From contig CAVYXU010000076.1 in assembly GCA_963772565.1 (NCBI GenBank), forward strand, positions 84,799 through 148,798: a DNA stretch of 64,000 bases, given 5' to 3'. The notes under the pieces are model-generated. The model was not told where the DNA came from, ran no database searches, and was given only the letters and a program-made list of their open reading frames with translations. Position 1 is the stretch's first letter, and every line of letters begins with the position of its first letter. Origin of the DNA: an uncultured Chloroflexia bacterium (GTDB lineage: Bacteria; Chloroflexota; Limnocylindria; Limnocylindrales; CSP1-4). The position numbers and the translations under genes are program-made. Positions 28,146-37,511 of this stretch are shown one piece after another.

Positions 28146-29332
28146 GCGGAGCCGGTCACGAGCGACGGGGCGGCGACGCCCGCCTCGGCCCGGGCATGCG
28201 ACGCCTGCGGCGCGGCGATGCGCCCGCCACCCAGGCACGTGTCCCGGTCGTACAGGACGCACGCCTGGCCGGGTGCGATCGCCCACACGGGCCGCTCTGT
28301 CTGGACCACCCAGCGCCCGCCACGCACGGGCTCGTCGACGGACGCGGGACGGACCGTGGCCTCGACCAGCGGGGCCCCGTGGCGGATCCGGACGCGGGCT
28401 CGGAATGGGCGCCAGCCGCCATCGGGCTCGCGTCCCGCCGGCGGCGCACCTGCGACGAAGGTGCCGTCCTCGAGCGGGATCTCACGGGTCTCGAGGTCCT
28501 CCCGGCGCCCCAGCACGATCGCGTTGGTCGCGGGGTCGATCCGCGACACGTAGCGCGGCTCGCCGAGCGCGATGCCGATCCCCTTGCGCTGCCCCACGGT
28601 GTAGCCGGCGGATCCGTCGTGCTCCCCCACTCGCTGCCCGTCGTCGTCATACACGGGCCCGGGTTCGGGCGTCCATCCGCCGCGCGTCCGCAGCTCCTCG
28701 CGGTAGTCGCCACCCGGGACGAAGCAGATCTCCTGGCTCTCGGGCTTGTCGGCCGTGACCAGGTCCAGCGACCGCGCGATGTCGCGCACCTCGGGCTTGG
28801 TGAGGTCGCCCAGCGGGAACCGACTGTGCCACAGCTGGTCCTGTCGCAGCCCGTACAGGAAATACGTCTGGTCCTTGTCCGCGTCGGCCGCCCGGGCCAG
28901 CGTCGCCCGGGGCCCGTCCGCCGTGTCGACGACCACGCGCCGCGCGTAGTGCCCGGTCGCCACCGCATCGCACTGGTACAGGTGCCGTGCCTTGCCCAGC
29001 AGCGCCCCGAACTTGACGTAGCTGTTGCAGTCGACGCACGGGCTGGGCGTCCGGCCGCCGAGATAGGCCGCGATGAAGGGCTCGATCACGCCCGCGGCGA
29101 ACTCGCGCTCGAGGTTCATCACGTAGAACGGGATCCCGAGCCGCGCGGCGACGCGCCGCGCATCGTCCGCGGCGTCGGCGGAGCAGCAGGACTTGCGGAA
29201 CTCGGAGTAGCTGTCGGCGACCTCGTGGAGCCGCATCCAGACCCCGACGACCTCGTGGCCCTGCTCGTGAAGGAGAGCCGCGGCGACCGATGAATCGACG
29301 CCGCCGGACATCGCGACCAGGATCCGGCTCAC
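28142..29332 (-). CDS. mnmA: tRNA 2-thiouridine(34) synthase MnmA
   Basis: [18 protein letters not shown] (PP-loop SGGxDS), [47 protein letters not shown] start overlaps the iscS stop (GTGA). Confidence 0.93.
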   Translation of the reverse strand: MSRILVAMSGGVDSSVAAALLHEQGHEVVGVWMRLHEVADSYSEFRKSCCSADAADDARRVAARLGIPFYVMNLEREFAAGVIEPFIAAYLGGRTPSPCVDCNSYVKFGALLGKARHLYQCDAVATGHYARRVVVDTADGPRATLARAADADKDQTYFLYGLRQDQLWHSRFPLGDLTKPEVRDIARSLDLVTADKPESQEICFVPGGDYREELRTRGGWTPEPGPVYDDDGQRVGEHDGSAGYTVGQRKGIGIALGEPRYVSRIDPATNAIVLGRREDLETREIPLEDGTFVAGAPPAGREPDGGWRPFRARVRIRHGAPLVEATVRPASVDEPVRGGRWVVQTERPVWAIAPGQACVLYDRDTCLGGGRIAAPQASHARAEAGVAAPSLVTGSA

Positions 29333-30540
29333 GTGGCGGCCACCACCGGTCCCGGTCCGACCGGGACGGCCCCGGGCCCCTCCGGCTGCCGCGTCGCGGG
29401 GGCTGCCGTCATCATCCGGCGGAGCTCGCCGGGCACGATCCGTATCGCCTCGTCGATCTCGGCGTCGGTGGTCGTCCGGCCGAGCGACACCCGCAGCGAT
29501 CCGCGAGCCTCCTCGTCCGGGTACGCCATCGCGGACAGGACGTGGCTGACCTCGGTCGAGCCCGTCGTGCACGCGGACCCCGTGGACACGGCGATCCCGG
29601 CGAGGTCGAGCGCCAGGGCGACCGAGCCGCCGTCGGTGCCGTGCGCGATGACCGACAGGATGTGGGGCAGGCGGTCCACCGGGTGACCCGTGAGCTCGAC
29701 GCCGTCGACCGCGAGCATCGCGGCCTGGAGCCGCTCCCGCTGCTCGCGCACGCGGGCCGCCAGCATCGCCCGCTCGGCCGCGCGCAGCTCGAACGCCGTG
29801 GCCATCCCCACCGCGCCGGCCACGTTCTCGGTGCCCGCGCGCCGGTGCCGCTCCTGCGTCCCGCCGTGCTGCTGGGCGAGGATGTGGGTGCCCTTGCGGA
29901 TCCACAGCGCCCCGGTCCCCTTGGGTCCCTCGGCCTTGTGCGCCGCGAGCGCCACGAGATCCGCACCCAGCATCGACACGTCGAGGTCCAGCCACGGTGC
30001 CGCCTGGACGGCGTCCACGTGGAACAGGATGCCGCGGTGCGCGCGCACGATCGCGGCGATGTCCCCGATCGGCTGGATCGTGCCCACCTCGTTGTTGCCG
30101 AGCATCACCGAGACCAGGATCGTGCGATCCGTGATCGCCCGCTCGATGTCCGCGGGGTCGACCCGACCGTACCGGTCCACCGGCACCTCGTGGACCTCGA
30201 ACCCGAACTTCTCGAGGTGCGACAGCGAGTGACCGACGGCGTGGTGCTCGATCGGCGTGGTGACGATCCGGTGGCCCTTGGCACGCCCCGCCCACGCGGC
30301 GCCCTTGAGCGCCAGGTTGTTGGCCTCGCTGCCACCGCTGGTGAACACGATCTCGCGGGGATCACCGCCGATCGCCCGGGCAAGCCGCGCATGCGCATCA
30401 TCGAGCGCCTCGCGCGCGGCGCGCCCGAACACGTGCGCGGACGACGGGTTGCCGAACACCCCGTCGAGGTACGGCGTCATCGCCGCGAGCACCTCGGTGC
30501 GGAGCGGCGTCGTGGCGGCGTGGTCGAGGTAGATCGCCAT
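29329..30540 (-). CDS. iscS: cysteine desulfurase (NifS/IscS class)
   Basis: The ATG at 30540 gives [13 protein letters not shown]...[37 protein letters not shown] (PLP lysine), [17 protein letters not shown] (active-site Cys loop). Paired with mnmA. Confidence 0.93.
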   Translation of the reverse strand: MAIYLDHAATTPLRTEVLAAMTPYLDGVFGNPSSAHVFGRAAREALDDAHARLARAIGGDPREIVFTSGGSEANNLALKGAAWAGRAKGHRIVTTPIEHHAVGHSLSHLEKFGFEVHEVPVDRYGRVDPADIERAITDRTILVSVMLGNNEVGTIQPIGDIAAIVRAHRGILFHVDAVQAAPWLDLDVSMLGADLVALAAHKAEGPKGTGALWIRKGTHILAQQHGGTQERHRRAGTENVAGAVGMATAFELRAAERAMLAARVREQRERLQAAMLAVDGVELTGHPVDRLPHILSVIAHGTDGGSVALALDLAGIAVSTGSACTTGSTEVSHVLSAMAYPDEEARGSLRVSLGRTTTDAEIDEAIRIVPGELRRMMTAAPATRQPEGPGAVPVGPGPVVAAT

Positions 30541-30604
30541 GGTCCCGGGATTGTACGTCGGGGTCCCGGAGCGCCCGCCCACCCGGTCGTCGCGGCGGTC
30601 GGCG

Positions 30605-32518
30605 CTACCCCCGTTCGGCGCGTGCCTGGTCGTAGGCCCGGCCGCGCTCCCGCTCGCGGTCATGCCTGGCCAGCAGCCGCTTGCGCAGCCGGATCGCCGA
30701 CGGCGTGACCTCGACCAGCTCGTCGGTCCCGATGAACTCGATCGCGTTCTCGAGCGTCAGCGGTCGCGGCGGGGTCAGCCGCAGCGCCTCGTCGTGGGCG
30801 TGCGTCCGGATGTTGGTCAGCTTCTTCTCCTTGGTCGCGTTGACGTCCATGTCACCGGACCGCGCGTTCTCGCCGACGATCATCCCCTCGTACACGTCCT
30901 CGCCGGCGCCGATCAGCAGCTCCGAGCGCTCCTGGAGGTTGAACAGCCCGTACGCGTTCGAGACGCCGGTCCGGTCGCTCACCAGGACCCCGTTGGTGCG
31001 GTGGGTCACGTCGCCCGCCCACGGTCCGTAGCCCTCGCCGATCTGGTGGAGCAGCGCGGTCCCGCGCGTGTCGGTGAGCAGCTGGCCGCGGTACCCGATC
31101 AGTCCGCGGACCGGGAGCACGAACTCCAGCCGCACCCGTCCGTCGGCGTCCGTGGTCATCTGCTCGAGACGGCCCTTGCGGCCCGCGAGCGCCTGCTGGA
31201 CCTCGCCGATGTAGTCGGGCGGGATGTCGATGGTGATCCGCTCGTACGGCTCCTGGACCTCGCCGCCGATGGTGCGCAGGATGACCTCGGGGCGGCTGAC
31301 GGTGAGCTCGTAGCCTTCGCGTCGCATCTGCTCGATCAGCACGGCCAGCTGGAGCTCGCCGCGCCCGCGGACCTCGAACGTGTCGCCGGAGTCGGTCGGA
31401 TAGACCTCGATCGAGACGTTGCCCAGGATCTCGCGCTCGAGGCGGGCCTTGATCTGGCGCGACGTGACGTACTTGCCGTCGCGGCCGCCAAGGGGCGAGG
31501 TGTTGACGCCGAACGTCATCCGCAGGGTCGGCGCGTCGACGTCCAGGCGCGGCAGCGGCCGTGGGTCGGCGGGGTCCGTGATCGTGTCGCCGATCGTGAC
31601 CTCGGGCAGGCCGGCGACCGACACGATCTCGCCGGGGCCGGCTTCGGGGATCTCGACCCGCTCCATGCCACGCGCGGTCTGGAGGCTGGTCACCGTGCCG
31701 CTCAGGGTCACGGTCCGCCCGGGCTCGATCGCCCCCGTGGTGTCGTCCGCCTCTTCGCGCAGGACGGCGATCCGCTGACCGGTCCGGATCGTCCCGTTGC
31801 GGATCCGCCCGACCGCCATCCGGCCCACGTACTCGTTTGCCGACAGGTTGGTCACCAGCAGCTGGAGCGGATGTCCGGGCTCGAACACCGGCGCCGGCGT
31901 CACCTCGACCAGCAGGTCGAGCAGCGGCCGGAGGTCGGTTCCCGGGACGGCCAGGTCGAGCGTTGCCGTCCCCAGCTTGGCATTCGTGTAGACGATCGGG
32001 AACTCGATCTGGTGTGCGTCCGCGCCGAGATCCATGAACAGCTCGTAGACGTCGTCGAGGACCTCCGCCGGCCGCGCGTCCCCGCGGTCGATCTTGTTGA
32101 GCGCGACGACGACCGGGAGCCGGCGCGCCATCGCCTTCTGGAGCACGTAGCGCGTCTGCGGAAGGGGGCCCTCGGAGGCGTCGACCAGGAGCAGGATCGC
32201 GTCGACCATGAGCAGGCTGCGCTCGACCTCACCGCCGAAGTCCGCATGACCCGGGGTGTCCACGATGTTGAGCCGGACGCCGCCGACCTCGATCGTCGTC
32301 TGCTTGGCCAGGATCGTGATGCCCTTCTCGCGCTCGAGGTCCATCGAATCCATCACGCGGTCGACGACCGCCTGGTTCTCGCGGAACACGCCCGTCTGCC
32401 GGAGCATCGCGTCCACCAGGGTGGTCTTGCCGTGGTCGACGTGGGCGACGATGGCGACGTTGCGCAGGTCCTCGCGGACGCGCGCCGATGCGGCGCTGTG
32501 GGTGATCATCGAGGGCAT
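30605..32518 (-). CDS. typA: translational GTPase TypA/BipA (start among ATGs at 32509/32518/32542)
   Basis: [51 protein letters not shown], plus EF-G-like domains III-V and a BipA C-terminal domain. Confidence 0.93.
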   Translation of the reverse strand: MPSMITHSAASARVREDLRNVAIVAHVDHGKTTLVDAMLRQTGVFRENQAVVDRVMDSMDLEREKGITILAKQTTIEVGGVRLNIVDTPGHADFGGEVERSLLMVDAILLLVDASEGPLPQTRYVLQKAMARRLPVVVALNKIDRGDARPAEVLDDVYELFMDLGADAHQIEFPIVYTNAKLGTATLDLAVPGTDLRPLLDLLVEVTPAPVFEPGHPLQLLVTNLSANEYVGRMAVGRIRNGTIRTGQRIAVLREEADDTTGAIEPGRTVTLSGTVTSLQTARGMERVEIPEAGPGEIVSVAGLPEVTIGDTITDPADPRPLPRLDVDAPTLRMTFGVNTSPLGGRDGKYVTSRQIKARLEREILGNVSIEVYPTDSGDTFEVRGRGELQLAVLIEQMRREGYELTVSRPEVILRTIGGEVQEPYERITIDIPPDYIGEVQQALAGRKGRLEQMTTDADGRVRLEFVLPVRGLIGYRGQLLTDTRGTALLHQIGEGYGPWAGDVTHRTNGVLVSDRTGVSNAYGLFNLQERSELLIGAGEDVYEGMIVGENARSGDMDVNATKEKKLTNIRTHAHDEALRLTPPRPLTLENAIEFIGTDELVEVTPSAIRLRKRLLARHDRERERGRAYDQARAERG

Positions 32519-32679
32519 GGCGGGGCCGGGCGTTGCGTTCATGGGCGAGCCTGAGTGTCGCACATGCCGGCCCGGCGGGCGATTCGCCGGTCCCGCGGCC
32601 ATGCCGGCGACCGCCGCGATCCACGGTCGTCGCGGCGCCATCGGCCGTTTACACTCCGCGGCGTGCACCAGGAGATCGC

Positions 32680-33331
32680 ATGACCGTTGCCGCCGTCATC
32701 CTCGCCGCCTCCCCCGCGTCGGCGCTCGCCGACGCCGACGGGACGCCGGCCGTCCGCCGCCTCGCCGACGTCGCGTGGTCGGGCGGCGCCACGCCCGTCG
32801 TCGTGTGCTCGTTCGATCCCGACGGCACCGTCGGCCAGGCGCTGGCGAACGCCGAGGTGACCCTGGTCGAGCCCGTGGCGCCCGAGCGTGGCCCCGTGGG
32901 CCAGATCGCCAACGGGATCGACGCGGCGACCCGGCTCGTCGCCGACACCGACGGCCGCGCTGGTGTGGCCGGCCCGGATGGCCTGGGTCGACGCGGAGAC
33001 CGTCACGACCCTGATCGCCGCGCACGGCGCGGAGCGCGACGTCGTCATCCGCCCATCATGGCGGGGCGACCCCGGCTGGCCGGTGCTGGTCCCGGTCGCG
33101 CACCTGGAGGCCCTGCGCGGGCTCGCGGCCGGACCGGATGCCGGGCGACCTGATCGACGACCTTGCGGCCGCCGGCGTCCCGCTCCGGGTCGTCGAGACC
33201 GGCGACCCGGGGGTCAGCCATCGACGTCTCGACGGCGCGTGCCGGGACCTGCCGCCCTACGACGGCCCGCCGGAGCCCGCCGACGCCCACGCCCACGAGT
33301 GGGGCGCGGCCGCGGCCGATTCACCGGATGA
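32680..33331 (+). pseudogene. MobA-like NTP-transferase (NTP_transf_3) family protein, frame broken twice (about 32951-32956 and about 33131-33137). The 3' end is unresolved.
   Basis: GGAGA RBS plus the ATG at 32680 gives MTVAAVILAASPASAL...PVVVC...GQIANGIDAATRLVADTD. It continues in the +1 frame as AALVWPARMAWVDAETVTTLIAAHGAERDVVIRPSWRGDPGWPVLVPVAHLEALRGLAAG. It then continues in the next frame as RMPGDLIDDLAAAGVPLRVVETGDPGV... Confidence 0.55.
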
Positions 33332-33964
33332 CGCGCCGGTCGAGGGCGCGCCACGGCTCGAGATCCGGCCGGACCGTCCGACTGAGGTCCGGCCCGCCGA
33401 TGCACGCCGGCGCACACCCGCGGTCACCCCCAGCCCAGCAGCATCCCGACCGGTGCGAGCATTCAGCGAGACGGAGACCGGCGCGATCCCTGGCAGGCTC
33501 AGGACGAGGAACAATCCACCGAGCGCGAGGGCGATCCGCCGATCCCTCGCCGAAGCAGCCGGCAGCGGCCCGGGACGCTGGAGGAGCACCGCGATCGCGA
33601 GGATCGCACCGAGCGGGATGTACAGCGAGCCCTGGAGGAGCGCCAGGCTCGCCTTGGTCGCGTCGACCAGGACCATCACGTACAGGAGGTAGACGGAGGC
33701 CTCCCGAGCCCAGGTGCGGCCTCGGTCGATCGCGACCGACATCCCGTACAGCAACGCGATCTCCCCGATCCCGATCGCGAACGAGGCGACGACGAGCCAC
33801 GCCGGCGCAGGCTCGACGACGCCAGCGCGCCGAGGGACGATCAGCGCCGCGACCAGTCCGATGAGCGCGAGGACCAGGAACAGGTTGCTCGCCCAGCGAT
33901 CGAACCTGGACCATGGTTCGCTCGCCTGCCGGCCTCGCTCGGCGATGTCCCCAGCCTCCACCAT
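33257..33964 (-). CDS. hypothetical multi-TM membrane protein (C-terminal about 60 aa and true stop doubtful)
   Basis: NLFLVLALIGLVAALIV, WLVVASFAIGIGEIALLYGM, VYLLYVMVLVDA, IPLGAILAIAVLL, LALGGLFLVLSLPG. The tail after ...VSVSLNA is Arg/Ser/Gly-rich with lower GC3. It overlaps the better-looking frame of the convergent MobA-like gene. Confidence 0.45.
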   Translation of the reverse strand: MVEAGDIAERGRQASEPWSRFDRWASNLFLVLALIGLVAALIVPRRAGVVEPAPAWLVVASFAIGIGEIALLYGMSVAIDRGRTWAREASVYLLYVMVLVDATKASLALLQGSLYIPLGAILAIAVLLQRPGPLPAASARDRRIALALGGLFLVLSLPGIAPVSVSLNARTGRDAAGLGVTAGVRRRASAGRTSVGRSGRISSRGAPSTGASSGESAAAAPHSWAWASAGSGGPS

Positions 33965-34078
33965 CGAGACCCACCTCCATGCCGTCAGCCGTCCGTCACG
34001 ACATCCCGCACGGAAGCTACCCCGCCACGCCGCGGACCATCAGGGCCGATCGGACCCCGCGTATCGACCAGGTCGCCA

Positions 34079-34114
34079 GCGCGGTCAGCGCGATCGGCGC
34101 GGTCAGCGCGATCA
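34079..34114. repeat. 18-nt tandem duplication (gcgcggtcagcgcgatcg / gcgcggtcagcgcgatca) containing the aspS stop codon
   Basis: Read directly, 17/18 identical. The aspS stop (34112-34114) forms the last 3 nt of copy 2. Confidence 0.9.
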
Positions 34115-35980
34115 GGCGCGTCCGGGCACGCCGACGAACCGCAGGCCGAGCTCCGCGTACTGATCCTCGTCCGGCGCCGACGGCGCCTCGAGCATCAGGT
34201 CCGTGCCGGACTGGGTCTTGGGGAACGCCATGACCTCGCGGATGTTCGTCTGGTAGCTGAGCAGCGCCGCCCAGCGATCGATGCCCAGCGCGATGCCCCC
34301 GTGCGGCGGCGCCCCGTACTCGAACGCCTCGAGCATCGCGCCGAAGCGCTCCTTCATCTGCTCGAGCGTGTAGCCCTGGAGGTTGAAGCTCCGGGCAAGC
34401 AGGTCATGCTCCCAGATCCGGACCGACCCACCGCCCAGCTCCCACCCGTTGAGCGCGACGTCGTACTGCATGGCGCGGGCCCGCCCGGCGGGATCCTCAG
34501 GCGTGCGGACGTCCAGGTCTCCGGACACGGTTGTGAGCAGCACCTCGTCCTCCGGCAACACGCCCGAGAACGGGTTGTGGGTCGCGTCCCAGCGCCGGTG
34601 CTCCTCGTCCCACTGGTACATCGGGAAGCGGTGGACCCAGCAGTACGCGAGCTCGTCGGGATCAGCCAGGCCCAGCCGGCCACCGAGCTCGACGCGCAGC
34701 CGGCCCAGGACGTCGTTCGCAACGCCGGCCGCGTCGGCGACGATGAGAACGAGGTCTCCCTCTTTCGCGCCCGACCGGGCCAGGACCGCGCCCTGGACCT
34801 CCGCGCTCAGGAACTTGGCGATCGGCCCGTGGAGCTCGCCACCGGCCTCGACGGACAGGTGGACCAGGCCGCGGGCTCCGAAGCGCTTGGCGAGCTCCGT
34901 CAGCTCGTCGATCTCGCGACGGGTGACGCCGCCCATGCCGGGTGCCGTGATCCCCTTGACCCGGCCGCCCGATGCCAGCGTCTCGTCGAACACCCGGAAC
35001 CCGGACGCCGGGGAGCCACCCGCGTCGAGCAGCGCCGGCGCCAGGTCGAACAGCTCCATGGCGAATCGGAGGTCCGGCTTGTCCGAGCCGTAGCGCTCGA
35101 GCGCCTCGTGGTACTCGAACACCGGAAACGGGATCTCGCGGATCGGTCGCTCGGGCACGGTCGCCCTGGTGACCTCCATCACCATCGCCTCGATGAAGCC
35201 CATCACCGTCGCCTCGTCCACGAAGCTCATCTCGAGGTCGAGCTGGGTGAACTCGGGCTGCCGGTCCCCGCGCAGGTCCTCGTCGCGGAAGCAGCGCGCG
35301 ATCTGGAAGTAGCGGTCGACGCCGGCGACCATCAGCAGCTGCTTGAGCTGCTGCGGGCTCTGGGGCAGCGCGTACACCGCGCCCGGCTGGAGCCGTGACG
35401 GGACGATGAAGTCCCGCGCTCCCTCTGGCGTGCTCTTGATCAGGTTGGGGGTCTCGACCTCGACGAACCCGCCGTCGTGGTGGACGCGACGGATCGCCTG
35501 GACCAGCCGGCTGCGGAGCAGCAGGCGGCGCTGCATCGCCTCGCGCCGGATGTCCAGGTAGCGGTACCGGAGGCGAACGCTCTCGTCGATCGGCGCGTCT
35601 GGGTCGTTGATGTAGAACGGCGGCGTCTTGGCCTCGTTGAGGATCCGGAACGAGCGGACCTGGAGCTCGACCGCACCCGTCTCGAGCTTGGGGTTCTCGG
35701 TCCCCGGCTGGCGCAGGGCCACCTCGCCTTCGACGGCGACCACGAACTCCGTGCGCACCTTCGACGCCGTCGCGTGCGCATCCGGGGCGTCGGCCGCGTC
35801 CACGACCACCTGGGTGATGCCGTAGCGATCGCGCAGGTCGAGGAACACGAGCTTGCCGTAGTCCCGGCGGCGATGGACCCAGCCCGCCAGGCTCGCGTTC
35901 GTGCCGGCGTGGTTCGCGCGGAGCTCACCACAGGTGTGGGTGCGGTACGGCGTGGCTAGCGAGGCGGTGTCGGCGGGCAC
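34112..35980 (-). CDS. aspS: aspartate--tRNA ligase
   Basis: 622 aa with YRTHTCGELR...GWVHRRRDYGKLVFLDLRDRYG (OB fold), FRDEDLRGDRQPEFTQLD (motif 2), an insertion domain, and GGIALGIDR (motif 3). GTG start with GGAGA upstream. Confidence 0.96.
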   Translation of the reverse strand: MPADTASLATPYRTHTCGELRANHAGTNASLAGWVHRRRDYGKLVFLDLRDRYGITQVVVDAADAPDAHATASKVRTEFVVAVEGEVALRQPGTENPKLETGAVELQVRSFRILNEAKTPPFYINDPDAPIDESVRLRYRYLDIRREAMQRRLLLRSRLVQAIRRVHHDGGFVEVETPNLIKSTPEGARDFIVPSRLQPGAVYALPQSPQQLKQLLMVAGVDRYFQIARCFRDEDLRGDRQPEFTQLDLEMSFVDEATVMGFIEAMVMEVTRATVPERPIREIPFPVFEYHEALERYGSDKPDLRFAMELFDLAPALLDAGGSPASGFRVFDETLASGGRVKGITAPGMGGVTRREIDELTELAKRFGARGLVHLSVEAGGELHGPIAKFLSAEVQGAVLARSGAKEGDLVLIVADAAGVANDVLGRLRVELGGRLGLADPDELAYCWVHRFPMYQWDEEHRRWDATHNPFSGVLPEDEVLLTTVSGDLDVRTPEDPAGRARAMQYDVALNGWELGGGSVRIWEHDLLARSFNLQGYTLEQMKERFGAMLEAFEYGAPPHGGIALGIDRWAALLSYQTNIREVMAFPKTQSGTDLMLEAPSAPDEDQYAELGLRFVGVPGRA

Positions 35981-36120
35981 GGGAAGGCGTCTCCGGACTG
36001 CGAATCTGACGGCTCCCTATCGTATGCCACCCCCGCACGCCCGGGCCGCAGCCGCGGATCAGCGCCAGTGCTCGATGTCCGCCGTCGGATCCGCGGTGTC
36101 GCTCCCGCCGGCGGCTCGCC

Positions 36121-36164
36121 TCAGCCGTGGCGGTGGCTGCCTTCAGCCGTGGCGGTGGCTCGCC
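36121..36164. repeat. 22-nt tandem duplication (18-nt perfect core tcagccgtggcggtggct, two copies) containing the hisS stop codon
   Basis: Read directly. Copy 2 starts with the hisS stop (36143-36145) and encodes the last residues ..SHRHG. Copy 1 lies immediately 3' of the stop in mRNA sense. Confidence 0.9.
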
Positions 36165-37436
36165 TCCGCCCGTGCCAGCTCGCGCGCCAGGTCCCCGACC
36201 GCGACCGTTCGCTGGGTGCCGGCGAGGAGATCCCGGACCTGGACGTGCCCCGTGGCAAGCTCGTCGCCCAGGATCACGGCGAAGTGGGCACCGTCGCGCC
36301 CGGCGGCCTCGAGCTGCCGGCCGAGCTTCCGGTGTCCCAGCTCGGCGCGAGCCCGCAGACCCGCCGCCCGGAGGTCCGTCGCGACCCGCAGTCGCTCGAT
36401 GGTGCCGCCCGGATCCGCCCCGACCACGACCGCCAGGGGGCCTTCGGCCGCCGTCGCGACGGCGCCGGTCTCCTGCTCGGCCAGGACGAGCGCGATCCGG
36501 TCGAGCCCGAGACCGAACCCGATCCCGGGTGTCGGCCTGCCGCCCAGCAGCTCGACCAGCCCGTCGTAGCGGCCACCGCCGCCGAGCGCCTGCTGCTGGC
36601 CCTCGCGACCGGTCACGTAGAACTCGAACGCCGTGCGGGTGTAGTAGTCGAGCCCGCGGACGAGCGCAGGCTCGAGCCGGTAGGCGACGCCGAGCGCGGC
36701 CAGGTGCGCCTTGACGCGCCTCGAAGTGGACGCTGCACGCATCGCACAGCCGGTCCGTCATCCGCGGCGCCGATGCGTTCACGGCGACCATCGCCGGGTC
36801 CTTCGAATCGAGCAGGCGGAGCACGTTGCGATCGAGCCGCTCCAGCTCCGCGGGCGGCAGGGACGACGCGTGGTCGCGGTAGTGGGCGGTGAGCTCCGCG
36901 AGATAGGCCGGGCGGCAGACGGGATCACCGATCGAGTTGAGCAGGACCTCGACACCCGCGACGCCCGCCTCCGCGAAGAAGCGCACCGCGAGCTCGATGA
37001 TCTCTGCGTCGATCGCCGGACCCGGATCTCCGACCGCTTCGACGTCGAACTGCCAGAACTGCCGGTATCGACCCGCCTGGGGGCGGTCATAGCGGAACAT
37101 CGGCCCGGTTGCCGTCAGCTTCACCGGCTGCGGCCAGGTCTGCATGCCGTGCTGGACGTAGGCGCGGACGATGCCCGCGGTGGGCTCCGGCCGGAGCGCC
37201 CAGGACTCCTTCTCGTCGGTCCGCGGCGCGATCCGGAACAGCTCCTTCTCGACGACGTCGGTGACCTCCCCGATCCCGCGCTCGAACACGGCCGCCTGCT
37301 CGAACAGCGGCGTCTCGATCGGGGCATAGCCGTAGCGCGTGGTCAGGTCGTCGGCGATCCGCCGGAGACGGTCGAACGCGAGCCGCTCGTCGGGCAGCAG
37401 GTCACGGGTGCCCCGGGGGGCGCGAAAGGTCGGCAT
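36143..37436 (-). CDS. hisS: histidine--tRNA ligase, interrupted by one apparent 1-nt insertion near 36715-36719
   Basis: The N-terminal piece from the ATG at 37436 reads MPTFRAPRGTRDLLPDE...MFRYDRPQAGRYRQFWQFDVEAVG...CDACSVHFEA. The C-terminal piece is in the adjacent frame: VKAHLAALGVAYRLEPALVRGLDYYTRTAFEF...GGGGRYDGL...GFGLGLDRI... plus the anticodon-binding domain to the stop at 36143. Removing one C from GAGGCG[C]GTCAAGG restores a single ORF. Confidence 0.9.
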
Positions 37437-37443
37437 CGATCGA

Positions 37444-37449
37444 AGTCTA
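37444..37449 (-). promoter_or_regulatory. candidate -10 box TAGACT, 7 nt upstream of the hisS ATG (leaderless-type)
   Basis: Minus strand reads GCACTAGACT-TCGATCG-ATG. Confidence 0.45.
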
Positions 37450-37511
37450 GTGCGGGCGGCCTCGTCGGCGGGCGGCGCGATCGCCTTCGCCCGCACGCCG
37501 TCGCCATGACG

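Noticed and set aside
33138-33692. 184-aa plus-strand ORF as an independent gene
   Set aside because: Its first about 30 residues are the natural continuation of the MobA-like protein. Beyond about 33390 its third-position GC drops and it runs antisense through the TM helices of the convergent membrane gene.
35981-36142. T-box or other leader RNA upstream of aspS (also considered for hisS and alaS)
   Set aside because: The gaps are only 162, 75 and 56 nt. I cannot see a specifier-loop or T-box sequence. The hisS and alaS starts look leaderless.
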